A stretch of 64,000 nucleotides of DNA, taken from Dipteris shenzhenensis (taxonomy: Eukaryota). Positions 1-13,600 of this stretch are shown here, in pieces. A model generated the notes under the pieces. That model saw only the letters and a list, made by a program, of their open reading frames with translations. It was not told the DNA's origin and ran no database searches. Location: NCBI GenBank assembly GCA_047967505.1, contig CM106538.1; one strand, 5' to 3'. Position 1 is the first letter of the stretch. The number at the start of each line of letters is the position of its first letter. A program made the position numbers and the translations under genes.

Positions 1-3000
1 CTCTAATCTCTTGGACCGGTGGTGTTCGGATGGTTTCTCCTCAATGGCTGGAGGTTCTCTGCCATCCAAAAGTTGCTTTACCCACTTCGTGAATGGCCAT
101 TGCCGTTGTGGTTCTATAGGCTCTTCTTCATCTTCTTTGTCTTGAATCCTCCCAAGCACCATTGGGGGAGTTTGGTCTATTGTTGATGGTGGTACTGGAT
201 GGATATCTTGGTCCTGGTCGTCTGGGAAGCAAGCATCCTCCTCCAATTGATGTAGCTGCTCTGAGAAGACCACATCACGACTTACAATTACCTTCTTGGT
301 AACAAGGTTATAGAGACAGTACCCTTCGCCTCTCCTTCGCCTCTTCACTGTAGCCCAAGAAAATACACTTCCGGCTCTTCGGTTCCCATTTGGTTCTATT
401 AGCATCAGGGACATGCACAAAAAAGTCACATCCAAAAACCCTAAAATGTGCAACTGAATGTTTCTTACCAGAAAAGCCTGCAGTGGAGTCATCCCGTTCA
501 CAACCTTCGTGTAGCTACGATTGAGAATGTAAACTACAATGTTACATGCTTCAACCCACATGCTTCAGCCCAGAAAGTCTTTGGCAAATCTTTGCCTTTC
601 ATCATACTCCGGCCCATTTCGTAGATGACGCACATCTTGCATTTTGCTACTCCATTTTGCTGTGATGTATGTGGTGGGGCTTTCTGCCTCTTGATCCTAT
701 GACTTTTGCAGTAACTTTTGAATTCAGTTGACATGAGCTCTCCATCTCTGTTTGATCTCAATTTCTTCACCTTCCTCCCCGATTCTTTCTCGACCATTAC
801 ATGCCATTCTTGAACTTACTAAAAGCCTCGTCTTTAGTCTTCAGGAAGTATATCCATATCCTTCTACTGTAGTCGTCGATCAGTGTCATGAAGTAGTAGG
901 AACCACCCAAAGCTTCCATCTCCATCTTTCCGCAGAGGTCCGTGTGAATGAGCTCTAGAAGAGCCTTTGCCCTATTGGCCTCTTTAGGAAAGGGATGCCG
1001 ATGCTGCTTGCCCATCATGCAAGCTTCACATACATCGGGCAGATCTGAAATTTCTGGTAGGTCTACAATCATTCCACTTTCATGCATCTCCTTCAAAGAA
1101 CTAAGGTTTAGATGACCAAACCTCTCATGCCACAGCTTAGTGTTCTTCACATCCGCTCGAGCACTGAAAGCTCAGAGTTCGTAGATGTTGTTGCGCCATG
1201 TACCTTTACCAACGACCTTCTCTTGAAGATCCAGAATTTGTGCACCATTCTTATCGAAGTGAACTTTGAGGTCCCGATCCGTGATGGCACAAATGGACAA
1301 GTTTCTCTTGATATTTGGCACATAAAGAACATCGGACAATTGTTTTATAACTCCATCTGACTTGAGAGCAATCGTACCTTTTCCTTTTGCTGGACATTTT
1401 GCATCATTGTCGACTACTACCAGGATGTCATTCCCTACCGGCTGTAGAGAGGTATACCAATCCTTCTGACTGGTCATGTGGCACGATGCACCACTGTCAA
1501 TGATCCACGATTCATCCGCAGGTACATGAACTGCCTCCGTGCAAATCTCCTCAATTGCTACGAACAACTCTACTGGTATTGCATGCATGCTATTGCTAGA
1601 CTCTTTCTTTACTCTGTTCTTCTCATCTGAAATCTTCTTTTGGCACTCATTCTTCTTGTGCCCTGCCTTGTTGCAATAGAAGCACTTGATCTTCTTCTTT
1701 CTCTTTTTATCATCAGAAGAAGATGGGTTACCAGAGTCCTTACCCTTACCTTTCTTTGATCTAGTCTAGAAAGCCGAATCTTCTCCAGTCCTCGTCTTTT
1801 GACACATCTCCTCCTCCAGAAGCATTGCACTGAAATCCTCAAAGTTGGGCGGATTTCTATTTTGCATATTCAGTGCCATAACAAGACCGTCATACTTTGG
1901 TGGGAGAATCTGTATGCACCTTCGTGCTAGGTTCTTTCTGGTGATGATGATGCCAATTGTAGTCATCTGATCGTGTAGATTCTTCACCCTAGTGATGAAC
2001 TTCTCTGCCACTTCAGACTCAGACAATTTCTTCTTCGTGAGTTGAGTCTCTAGATTCTGATTTGTGGTCTCATACTGATTTTTCAAGACCATCCATGCCT
2101 CCTCCGCTGTGGTGACATATTGAATTATTGCCATGACAGAATCACTTACACTACAGACAATAGAACACAATGCATCTACATTTCTTGTTGCCCACACGAG
2201 AATCTCATCCGCAGTTGGTACTATCTGTTGTCCTACATTGGCTAGATTTGGTCTCGCAACCGGCCTCACGTCCATCCCAGTAGCAGTATCCCAAAGCTTG
2301 TATGCGCTTAGGATGGTCGTCATCTTGAACTTCCAGAGTGGATAATTAGAGCCGCCCAACTTTCCGCTTTCGCTGAACAGTGGGTTTCACATTCTTACGG
2401 GCTGGGCCATCTCTCACAATCTGCTCACAAACAGAAACACACTACCAAATCTTCTTGCTAGAGTCCAAGCTTTGATACCATGTAAGAAAATAATACATTT
2501 GTGCTTAACAGATAACAGGATCTTGTACACAAGAGAGAAAACCAGATAGTACAGAGAATCAAAAAATTTGATTACTGTAGAACTGATACAATAGATGGCA
2601 TTGCCTCCCAACCGTGCGCTCCTGTGAAAGAAGCTTCGATGGCAAGCTGGAAACAGCAGAAGACAGAGGCTAGATGCTAAGGAATCAGGGTTGCTGTAGC
2701 CAGTGATGAAATGGGCTTCACGGGCTTGCTCTTATATAGCCACCAGTCGTAGTCACTTAGGCCCAATATGGTGGCCGACCCAGTCTGCCCAAAATGGTTG
2801 ACTAGGGGTCGGTCCCAAAATAGGCCACCGACCACACGATAGAACTGGTGCGCAAAATAGAGCAACTAACCTATGGTTCTTGTTCGGCCCACAGCCATCC
2901 AGGATTGTCTGGGACTCCAAACAGGCCCCGCAACCCAAAGTGGGCTGCCCGAGAAAAGCTCCGTCTACCCTCAATGCGGTCAGTCATGGGATGCCTTCCC

Positions 3001-3151
3001 GCACTTGCATGTAGCCTAATTAGCAGTGTACCAACTCTATCTGAAGCCATCCAGCCATCAAGCCACACATGGCCCCCATCTAGTGTCCAAACTAGGACCT
3101 ATCGGATAACCGAGCTACTCAAATGCCTTCTCCTCATATGGGGGGCTTACA
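1..3151 (-). mobile_element. Ty1/copia LTR retrotransposon (family A), degenerate 5' half, continues beyond window start
   Basis: Minus-strand gag (1766-2359), CCHC knuckle (~1650-1690), protease WIIDSGASCHMT (1172-1588), GAG-pre-integrase LWHERFGH and integrase LELIHTDLCG (797-1150, 534-797), broken by frameshifts. PBS TGGTATCAAAGC (tRNA-iMet) at 2469-2480 abuts the LTR. Confidence 0.93.
2481..3151 (-). repeat. 5' LTR of copia family A (~670 bp)
   Basis: TGTAAG...CTTACA termini, adjacent to the PBS. The terminus TGTAAG(C/G)CCCCCATATGAGGAGAAG recurs at 48154. Confidence 0.85.
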
Positions 3152-3227
3152 AGTAGAGTTAGCTGGTTCCTGTGTAGTTACATGAGAGTGGAGCATTGAT
3201 ATCTAACATGAGAGTGGAGCATGTTTA

Positions 3228-5925
3228 TGTGAAGAGAGTGGGAGAGAAGTAAGGAGTCTCACTTGTAGCTTTCTCACATACACAATGGGGGAATACACAC
3301 AAAGGTGGAGGCTGAAAACAGTTTTTCTCTTCTTAGTTGTGAAAGCCAAAAGAACTCTCTCTTAGTACAAAAGGAATACATGAACCCTATATGTGGGTCT
3401 CAAACCAAACTCAGCTAACCTAGGTGGCATACTAACTAAGCCACTAACTAGAGTACATAAAGATAGCTGTCATCAATCTATTATTCATCTGGCATTGTAC
3501 CAACCACATCTGAAGCTAACAAGTCGGTGACATAAATGCACAATGGTCACCCTGGCATATTACGAATGGAGCTCAATATCTCAACACTCCCCCTCGAGCT
3601 CAATCCCAATTCCTACACAATAAAACCTACTAGAACCTTCTCCCACACATAGTGATAATGCACCTCAATGTGCTTTGTTCTAGCATGATAGACTGGGTTA
3701 TTTGCCAAGTGTATGCCAAGTGTATACTTACTACTCATGTTGTCACAATAAATGACAACTGGCCCATTTGTAGACTGATGCATATCATAAAGTAGCTGAC
3801 ACAACCAAGCTACCTCACATGCAGCCATTGCTGCACCCTTGTACTCAACCTCTGTGCTCGACAAGGCAACTATAGGATGTTTCTTACTGCTCCAAGTGAC
3901 TGTAGCACTCTCAAAAGAGAACACATTTCCACTGGTAGATCGTCTATGAGAAATACTACCAGCCCAATCAGCATCAGTATATCCATGCAACTGTATCTGA
4001 ACTCCAGTCTCATAAGATAGTCCATACTGCAATGTGGACTTCACATACCTCAGTATGTGTCTAGCCACATCCAAATGCGGTTTCCTTGGAGCTTGCATAA
4101 ACTGACTTACCAACCCAATAGCATAGCTCAAATTTGGCTTGGTAATAGTCATATAAATCAAACTTGTTACTATGTGTCTGTACATAGTAGGGTCTTCTAG
4201 AAGCTCACCTGCATCTATGCTCAACTTCACATTCTGCTCCAAAGGAACTGAAATAGGCTTATAGCATGTCCAATCCATACTACCTCTGCAAGAGCCATAT
4301 CCCACTTGTGGATCTAATCACCTCAATGCCCAAGAAATAATGCAACTCTCCCAAATCCTTCATCTCAAACTTCTGCTTCAATAGCATTTTCACATGAAGG
4401 ATATCTTCATCACTATCACTTGTGATGATCAAATCATCAACATAAATGACAAGCAATATAATGCCTTTCTTTGTTTTTCTCACATAAAGTGAGAAATCTG
4501 CCTTGGAAATCTGAAAGCCTATAGTGACAAGATACTATCCTATCTTCTAAGACCATGCTCTAGGTGCTTGCTTCAAGCCATACAAGGCTTTCTTCAACTT
4601 GCAAGCAAACTCAGGATGAACATCATGCACATAACCTGGTGGCTCCTCCATATAGACCTCTTCTTGCAAATCACCATGTAAGAAAGCATTCTTTAAATCC
4701 ATTTGATGTAAAGACCATCCCTTTGATGCAGCCATAGCAATGACTGCTCTTATGGTTGCCATCCTTGCAACCGGACTGAATGTTTCTTCATAATCAATGC
4801 CATATGTCTATACATACCCCTTAACAACTAATCTTGCCTTGTATATGTTCACATAACCATCTGCATTGTGCTTTACCTTATAAACCCACTTGCAGCCAAT
4901 TGCATTCTTGTCTTTAGGCAAAGGCACCAATTCCCATGTAGCATTCGCTTCCAAGGCATCCATTTCTTCATCCATGGCTTTCTCCCATTTTTCTTTTCCC
5001 ATGACTTACTCAAAAGAAGTGGGGCGGGTTCATGTATCACTTTGACCATATAGGCATAGTGAATGGCTATAAATCCATCATATTTTAGCCTATCCACAGG
5101 ATACTTAACTCTGGTAGACCTGCACAAAATAGGCTCACTATCAGGTGCTCTTAAAACATCCCTTATTTTGCTTACTCCAAGTGTAGCAATAGAAGGAATA
5201 CCCAACTCATTGTTTTGAGTCACTAGATTCACCATCCACATAAGAGTGACCTGCATTCACATCAACCATGGGCTGATCTACTTCCTCTTTTCCTTTCCAT
5301 GATACTTGCATACCACTATCTACATTGCTTTGAGGAGATCCTCCTGATTTGAATCTGCCTCTATCCATGGTCAAGTATGTGAACCACTACTAGAGGACAC
5401 TACAGATCCACTAATGTTTTGTGATTGCTACTGTGAATTCTGTGTAGCATTATCATTTTATGCATCTACATCATCAATCACATTTACTGGTTTACAACAG
5501 CTGCTCATCTCATAAAAAACAACATCTCTACTCACTGTAAACTTACAAGTAGAAGGGTTATAGCATCTATACCCTTTCTGCTATAGAGGATAACCAATAA
5601 AGATGCACTTATCAGACTTTGGATCCAACATGGATGTCAACTCATTTGGCACATGAACATAGGCCATGCAACCAAAAACTTTCAAATGAGACTAGTATAC
5701 CTCTCCTTTGGTGTCATGCCATGTATTGCTATAGTGGGAGTCCTGTTCATTTTGTAGATTGATGTAGCAACTGCTTCAGCCCAATAATAATCTGGTAGGT
5801 CTTTTTCATTGAGCATGGCACGAGATACCTCTCCAATATGCCTGTTTTTCCTTTCTGCAAGTCCATTTTGATGTGGGGTATGACTACATGAATATTAAGC
5901 ATCGGCTCTATCAATTTGTTCATAG
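3228..5925 (-). mobile_element. Copia family B, 3' half (integrase end, RT, RNase H, PPT, 3' LTR 3228-3586)
   Basis: Fragmented ORFs with [25 protein letters not shown] and RTKHIEVHYH. PPT GAGGGGGAG precedes LTR TGTTGAGATAT...TTCACA, which matches LTRs at 16902, 37627 and 56857. Confidence 0.92.
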
Positions 5926-6984
5926 CTACTTTGAGCCCGTTGCTATTGAGGGGAGTAGCAGAGATTACTACCACTACTAGACAACTACCCATCTACAATG
6001 TCCATAATGGCTTGTGTGGCTTTCTACACTTGCAGTTGCTTCCATACGATCGCTCCTCCACCAATGACAGTGCTACAAAACTCATAGGCTAGCAAGTTCC
6101 TGAAGACAGAGGCAGTGATGAGAACGCTCCTCTACTGCAACTCTGCAACCGGCTGCTCCACCGCATCTACTATCAACAACTGATGATCCAAGCCTCCAAT
6201 CGATGAGCCTTGCCTTGGACGAGGTGTTCCACGGATAGAGAAAAGCTGACCGTGAGCCATCATCCTCCTTCGTCATCGCACAACATCTCCGTCATCATCG
6301 TCGCACCGCATCTCCGTCATCATCGTCGCATCTCTGCAACCTCAAAGTTTTCCTTCTCCAAGGTCTCACCACAAAATGCCACGTGGCAGATAAGGTGGTA
6401 AATTTTAACTGTGGTTAAGTTAACTGTTCAGGTCAGTTGAACCTTGGTACACTTTAAGTAACTATGGGTGAACTAAACTGGGGTAATTGGTCACCACAAT
6501 GCCACCCAAGCACAGTCCCTTTGTAAGCATAGTTTGAATTCTACATGTGAATCCCTGTGCCACATCATCAAGACCCCCTCTTCTTCATAGAATCATCGAC
6601 AAGTCGTAACTTCCAATCCAAGAAGAATTTGGACATGCTCCAAAATAGAAAAGTGATCATCTTTTCGGGCTCTACGCGCCTGTTAAGTCATAATCATTGT
6701 ATGCAATTAGAAACTACCAATATTGAAAGAAATCAATTGGTAAGACCTTTGCAACAAATGACAAATCAAGGCATGAATGCACACATCGTTGTCATAAGCA
6801 TTCCAAAAGCACAAGTGCATGAGATGACCATAGCACGAAGCATGGCATCCACACATAAAGCATTAAGGCACATGAAAGAACAAAGCATCATGCATCAAGC
6901 TACATCGAGTAAAGATGTGAATGCCATCGACAACATGTATTGAGAAGAAACATCCTTGCCACCTTCAGCCCACACGTTTGTAAA

Positions 6985-7480
6985 TCAAACCTGACCACCT
7001 AAGAGTAGCTATGAAAGCACCCAGGGGAGGTATTGACATGTAAAAACCACACTTGATCACCTTAAGTAGCAATGCAAGCACTAAGGGGAGGTGATGGAAT
7101 GTAACTCACATCTGACCACCTTGTAGTAGCCAAAGGATCATGGCACCAAGGGGAGGTGTTGAGAGTTGTGGTGCCATGAGCACATAATTAGAGGCTAAGG
7201 TATGGTATGGGAAAGAATTAAAGTAGCCACCCTAGGATGTGGACTACATGATGTGGAGATGTGGATTGATGATATCCACAAGGAGAGATGTGGATGAGAG
7301 GATCCCACATGGTTTGACTATTCTAAAGGCTCTCTCTATATAAGAAGCCTATCATGTATTGTTGAACACACACATTGCAAGAGATATAGATAATTTGCTA
7401 TCTCCCTCTCATGTCTTATTCAGTATGCTTTGAGCCTCCTTAGATTTTCTGCTAATCTTGTGTCCATTAGGCTAGTATGA
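6985..7480 (+). mobile_element. 3' end of another LTR element: three ~60 bp repeats each ending in a PPT-like GGGGAGGT, then an LTR-like segment from 7157
   Basis: Repeated TGA(C/T)CACC...GTAGC...GCAC..AGGGGAGGT units; the last is followed by TGTTGAGAG and later a CTATATAAG TATA box. Confidence 0.5.
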
Positions 7481-7489
7481 TCCACACTT

Positions 7490-9228
7490 TGACATAGGAA
7501 ATGGTTTCCTTGCCTGTTTTCCAAATTAAGAGGCTTCACATACTTTTGCATTATTGCAACCTTGAACTTAGGCAATCTTGCAATAATATTTTGGGCTTGC
7601 ATTAATTTAAGTCGATGTACATTGACATGACCAATGCGTTTATGCCAGATATCAATATTTGCAACTACACCAGTCCGATGTGCAAACATTGCTGCACTCA
7701 ATTCAGGCATGTCCACATCCAACGTAAATAGCCTGCCATTCTTCTTCCCTTTTGCTATGAAGCGATCTTTATTTTTCATATCCTTAACAAAGCATCGATG
7801 AGGATTAAATATGACCTGCAAGCCCTCTTCAACCATTTGACCAATAGAAACTAGGTTTTTGGTGATATTCGGGACATGAAATACATCAGACATGCATTTC
7901 TTTTTCCCATCCTGCATAGACAAAGGAATTTTTCCAATGTGCACAATAGGATGTGAAGTATCATCACCAGCCTCCACAAATCCTAGTCTTTCCATTTTCC
8001 TTGCATCTTGCATCCATTCTGCATGACCTGTCATGTGGTTTGACGCACCTGAGTCAACATACCACACATCATTGCTTTGTTCTTCACTTGTCACAGAATT
8101 GGTCATGTGCTGCACCATAAACAAATGCTCATTTATGTCATCACCGTGTCTACTAGAGGATGCATAATTGCCTTGCTGCAATTTTCCAGTCATGATGTCA
8201 TTCTGCTTTTTATAGCAGTCTTTAACCATATGACCCATTTTACCATAGTGGTAGCATTCAACATTCCTGTTTGCATTTTGGCCTCTCTGCCATCCGCCAC
8301 GACCTCTTTGGTTCACCCTGCCTCTAAGGTTACCATGACCTCCTCCATAGGACTGATTTTCTAGAATTTGCTGCATATTTTGATTTCTGCCATGGCCTCT
8401 AGATCGGCTTGCTCTACCTCTGCCTCTACCTTTTCCAGCATTTGAGTAGAAGACACTTTCTTTTGAAGTTCCTCCTAAAGAAGATGCACCACCATTTCTC
8501 TGCTCTTCAGAAATTAGAAGAGCAATCAACTCCCCAAAATCAAGAAATTTTTCACGGACGGCAATGGATAAGCAATCCATACTGCCTCTGCAAGAGCCAT
8601 ATCCCACTTGTGGATCTAATCGCCTAAATACCCAAAAGTAATGCGACTCTCCCAAATCCTTGATCTCAAGCTTCTCCTTCAATAGCATTTTCACATGAAG
8701 GATATCTTCATCACTATCACCTGTGATGATCAAATCATCAACATAAATAACAAGTAGCATAATGCTTTTCTCTATTTTTCTCACATAAAGTGAGAATTCT
8801 GCCTTGGAAATCTAAAAGCCAATAGTGACAAGATACTGTCCTATCTTGTCAGACCATGCTCTGGGTGCTTGCTTCAACCCATACAAGGCTTTCTTCAACC
8901 TGTAAACAAACTCAAGATGAACAACATGAACATAACCTGGTGGCTGCTCCATATAGACCTCTTCTTGCAAATCACCATGCAAGAAAGCATTCTTTACATC
9001 CATCTGATGTAAAGACCATCACTTTGATGCAGCCATAGAAATGACTACTCTTACAGTTGCCATCCTTGCAACTGGACTAAATGTTTCTTCATAATCAATG
9101 CCATATGTCTGTGCCTACCCCTTGAGAACTAATCTTGCCTTGTATCTATTCACAAAATCATTTGCATTGTGCTTCACATTATAAACCCAATTGCAGCCAA
9201 TTGCATTCTTGTCTTTAGGCAAAGGCTT
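7490..9228 (-). mobile_element. Copia family B rearranged fragment (RT piece fused upstream of gag/protease piece)
   Basis: On the minus strand, RT ([15 protein letters not shown]; 9228-8575) is joined to gag-CCHC-protease (IAVREKF..., WYVDSGASNHMT; 8570-7500). Both parts are close to 33555-36832. Confidence 0.88.
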
Positions 9229-9577
9229 CCCCTTCGTCTCTCCCTCCTCCATGCCTACCCCTCTTGCCCTCCCCCTCCCTCCCTGCTACCCTCTCATTCC
9301 CTCCCTCCTCCATGCCTGCTCCTCCTCCCCTCCCTCTCCCACCTCCTCCATAGCTGCTCCTCCTCCCCCCTCCCTCTTGCTCCTCCCTCCTCCCTCCCTC
9401 CTCCTCCACGCCTACTCCTCCTCACCCTCCACACCTGTTGGTCCACCCCCCTTCTCTCCTCTTCAACTACTGGTCCTCCCTCCCCCGTCCCTCCTCCTCC
9501 TCACCCTCCGTCTTCCTGCGTGCTACTCCTTCAAGCCTGCTTCTCCACACCTTCTCCTTCTCTACACTCCTTTACTC

Positions 9578-10590
9578 ATGGCACCATTTGAGGACATCTC
9601 CAACAAGTACCGGGTTCACTTAGAGTTGGAGGTTGAATATGCAAGCACACATAGTCTGGGATTGAGGGGAGCTCCCAAAATCCATAGTCTTCATTCACAA
9701 GGAAAGAAGCATCTCGACCTTTGGGTAGAAGGATCATTGTATCCTTTAGATCTTGCCAACCAAAAGAGCCCTCCTTTCCATACAATGCATAAGCTAGTTT
9801 GGTTTGTTAGAAATGGGCATGCAGGGTTTCTTGGTTATTGCAATCGGTTAAACAATGCTCAATCAATGGCTATGCAAGCAAGCGAGATGCGCAGAGCCCA
9901 AGCAGAGATGGTAGCACATTTAGGAAATAGCACCATTGTTGCAATGCATAACTCTATGCAGGATCTTCAAAGGAAGAACCGGGATCTTCAAAGGAAGAAC
10001 CAGGATCTTCATGCTAAAGCTAAAGCATTGGACTCTTGAGCGACATAAATTAGAAGAGTCACTCTATAAGCTAGTTGAGTCCAAAAAAGGCTTGGAAAGA
10101 TCTATATACAATCAAGTTCGAGGAGCCATAGAGAAGGAATGAGAGAAGGCAGAAGAACGAGCACAAAAGATGAAATAAACACCTTTGGGATTGAAGGAGA
10201 GGAAAATAAGGTAGTTACATAACATGGATGCATTGGCACCCACTGGTGGTGCTAGAAAGAGGAGAGTCTAGGCTACAAGGTTGGTTATCAAATGTTCCAA
10301 TGAAATTTGACTCTTTTGTGCTACACTATTTGTGACTAAGTTTTTCTTGTCTTCTTCTTTAGGAATTTCATGAAAGATGTGATGGGAAGAACAAACGAGG
10401 ATGATATTGATTGTTCATATGATCTAGCTAGTTTATTGAAGTCAAGCAATGTAATTGGGATACTAAGTGACCCAAGACACAAGCACCTACATGTGCAAGT
10501 TGCTGAAGAGGTGATGAAGGACTTCAAGGATATTGTGGATGCAAAGGACATGCTTGCAGCTTGTGATACTACCGAGTGTAAGTTGTGAAG
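9578..10590 (+). pseudogene. Decayed spliced gene of unknown family (possible DNA-transposase N-terminal region)
   Basis: ATG after a CT-rich leader, coiled-coil with a 21-bp tandem repeat (DLQRKN), basic motif LAPTGGARKRRV. A GT-AG intron at 10280-10362 joins in frame to NFMKDV...LAACDTT. Stops are present and it is truncated by the next LTR. Confidence 0.55.
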
Positions 10591-10626
10591 CTTACGCATC
10601 TGTTTTTAAAATTTTCAAGTCTACTA

Positions 10627-13600
10627 TATTGGAAAAGTATAAGAAGTCTACAGTGTCCCTACCCACACCCTGGTGTGGGGGTTAAAGGTCACTGTGCCTT
10701 AACCCCGGTTATGTACAATACTCAAACACATATATAAATGAATGAAAAAGAAGATTAGGGTGGTTCTACACCCACCAAAACTTATGTGGCTCTCTGTCTC
10801 TCTCTCTCCTTCTTTTGTTCTTGCTTCCGTTGAGAGCACTCTCAACTGGTATCAGAGCCCGGGTGATCTAGCTAAGCGTGCGGGAATGCTTGAAGCTCAG
10901 TAGCTTTGTGGGAGGAAGGAGAAGCTTTGTGGGAAGCTTTGTGGGCGACTTTACTTGCACCCGAGTGTGCAGAGACCTTGGAGGAACATTTGGAAAAGTC
11001 ACTTTGGCTTTGCGAAGTGGTTTTGAGAGCCTGTTAAGAGCTTTCAAAGAAAAAGTCGTTTTTTGAGCTTTTCCCTGTTCCGTTCGATGACAGAGACTCC
11101 GTATTGACTTGTAGAGGCAACAATTGCTTGCTTTTGGTGTCCACATTACTTCAGGAGCTTGGAAACACCTTCATTCTTGAATATGAGATCATTTCATTGG
11201 ATTTCTGACTCACTGTGTCAGTTTCTGCGTTTTTTGCCTGGGTGTTGGAACTCAAGTTTGGAGCAACCATTTGTAGATCTGTCAGTTCCGGTGGACTCAG
11301 GAGGTCCTAAAACTGCTATGTTGCTCATCATTCGCACTCCGGTGAAGTTTACAAACAGCTCTGTTTCCAAAAACGTTTTTCAGTCCGTGTGTTGGACCCA
11401 GTGATTGAGACCACGGTTTCCAAAACCGTCTGTCCCATTGCGTTCCGGATGCCAAAAACCCCTACCTATCAGTTCTTGCATGATTCGGTGGAGGATTTTC
11501 AGAGTTATAAATCTCTGTGTATTCGATTTCGTCTCTCTGTTATGCATTTTTCATACTAAGGTTTTGAAACCTTAGATTTATGCCACATGGCAGTAGATAA
11601 GTATTAACTCCCATTTCTCACTCATCGGTTGGGATTTTGGAGTTCTGGCAGAAGAGAGATATTTGCAGATTTTCTTGCTGAGTCCAATTATGCAATGGCG
11701 CCCATGTTTTGAAGCATCTCAGGTTCTATTTTCAGTAGCGCTCATTACCGTGGGACTATGATTTCTTGAGCATACCTTATGCAGATCACTCTGGTTGCAG
11801 TTTGAGCAGTGTGCGCTCATTCATGGTATGCATTGGGTTGCAATGGATGATTTATAGGCCATTTGGATACATTGCGGTCCTTGTTGGATGCACTGATAGG
11901 CCCAAATTACCTTGTGGGATGCTATTTTTTATGGACGCTTTGCACATGGATGCTATTTTATGCTGAGGGATAGCTTTGAAACATTGCAGGTGATGCACTG
12001 ATAGTGCTATGCTCTCTTGGATGAGATATTATTGATGCACATGCCAGTGTACGGTGTTTATGCTTGAGTCATTTGGCACTTATTGGCATTTTCTTTTGGG
12101 CCAGATTTGCTCATATGGGTGCATAGTATATGCACATGAGTCAGATGCATCTTTTGATGCTTTGAGCTTTGAGTTTTGGTGATATTTCACTCTATTGTGA
12201 CATACACATTTGGGTGCACCTGGTATTTGTTGTGATTCTCTCTTGCAGGCACTAGCATTTGGGATTTTGCTTTATTTGCATCATGGCATCCTCTTCCATG
12301 TCTGAAAAGGAGTTTTTCAGCATTAAAAAGTTTGATGGGACAAACTTTTCTTTGTGGAAAGAACAAATAAGGGATGTGCTTATTCAAAAGAAGCAGATTA
12401 AGCTCTTGGTAGGGATTGAAGCTAAGCCTGCAGATATGTCTGAGGATGATTGGAATGAGTTGGATGCATTAGCAAAGTCTACTATTAGACTTCATCTTGC
12501 AGAGTCAGTTTATTTCACAGTAGTAAATGAGTAGACTACGGAAGATTTGTGGAAAAAACTGTGTGCCACTGATGAGAAGGAAACTGCCTTTAATAAAGTT
12601 TACCTCATGAAGAGGTTGTTTGAGCTGCAAATGAAGGAAGGGGTCTCCATTGCTTCTCACTTGAATGAATTCAATATTATTTTCAGCCAGCTTCAGGCTC
12701 AGAAAATGAATTTTGATGTGGAGACTAAGGCAATATTTCTCTTATGTTCATTGCCATCCTCATGGGATACCTTCCGTACAGCTGTCAGTAACTCTGCACC
12801 TAGTGGAGTACTAAAATTTGATGATGTTGTGGGTAGCTTGTTGGCCGAGGAGATTAGACGGAAGTCTATGGATGGCAACAAGCAAGATGCAGCCTTAAAT
12901 GTGCAAAGGGGCAGATCACAGTTCAGGGGGAAGTCCCAAGAAAGAGGGAAGTCTCGTAGCAAATCCAGGGCACGAAACATTGAGTGTTACCACTGTGGCA
13001 AGAAGGGCCATATGAAAAAGGATTGCTACAAGCTGAAAAGAGAGCAAAAGGATAAGAAAAAGAATGCAAATTGGGGTGCAAATCAAAAGGAAGAGAGTCC
13101 AAGGGAGGACAAAGGAAAAGTGAAGATCGAGGAGATCAATGCAGTCACACATGATAGTGACAATGATGTTCTCTTCATGTCTAGTTTATTTGCAGAGTTG
13201 CTTACCACTTCAAATGATGCATATTCCCAAGATTGGATTTGGGATTCTGGTGCTTCATTCCATGTTACTCCCCATAGGGAATGGTTCTCCACTTATGACA
13301 GTGGAAAGACAGGTTGTGTGCATCTTGGAAATGACTATGCATGTGACATAGTGGGAGTAGGTGACATAGTGGGAGTAGGTGACATAAAGTTTTCTTTTGC
13401 AAATGGGTCTGCATTTATTTTGAAACATGTGAGACATGTGCCTAAGTTGACCAAGAGTCTTATTTCAGTGGGTCAACTAGATGATGCTGGATTTCACACC
13501 ACTTTTGGCTTTCAGAGTTGGAAAATTCAAAAGGGCTCTATGCTTTTGGCCAGGGGTGCCAAGTGTGGGACTTTATATCCCTTACATGTATCAGGGGTAT

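Noticed and set aside
9191-9577. Pro/Ser/Leu-rich ORF starts (also 57259-57891)
   Set aside because: These are translations of CT-rich low-complexity leaders, open in several frames because the composition lacks stop codons.
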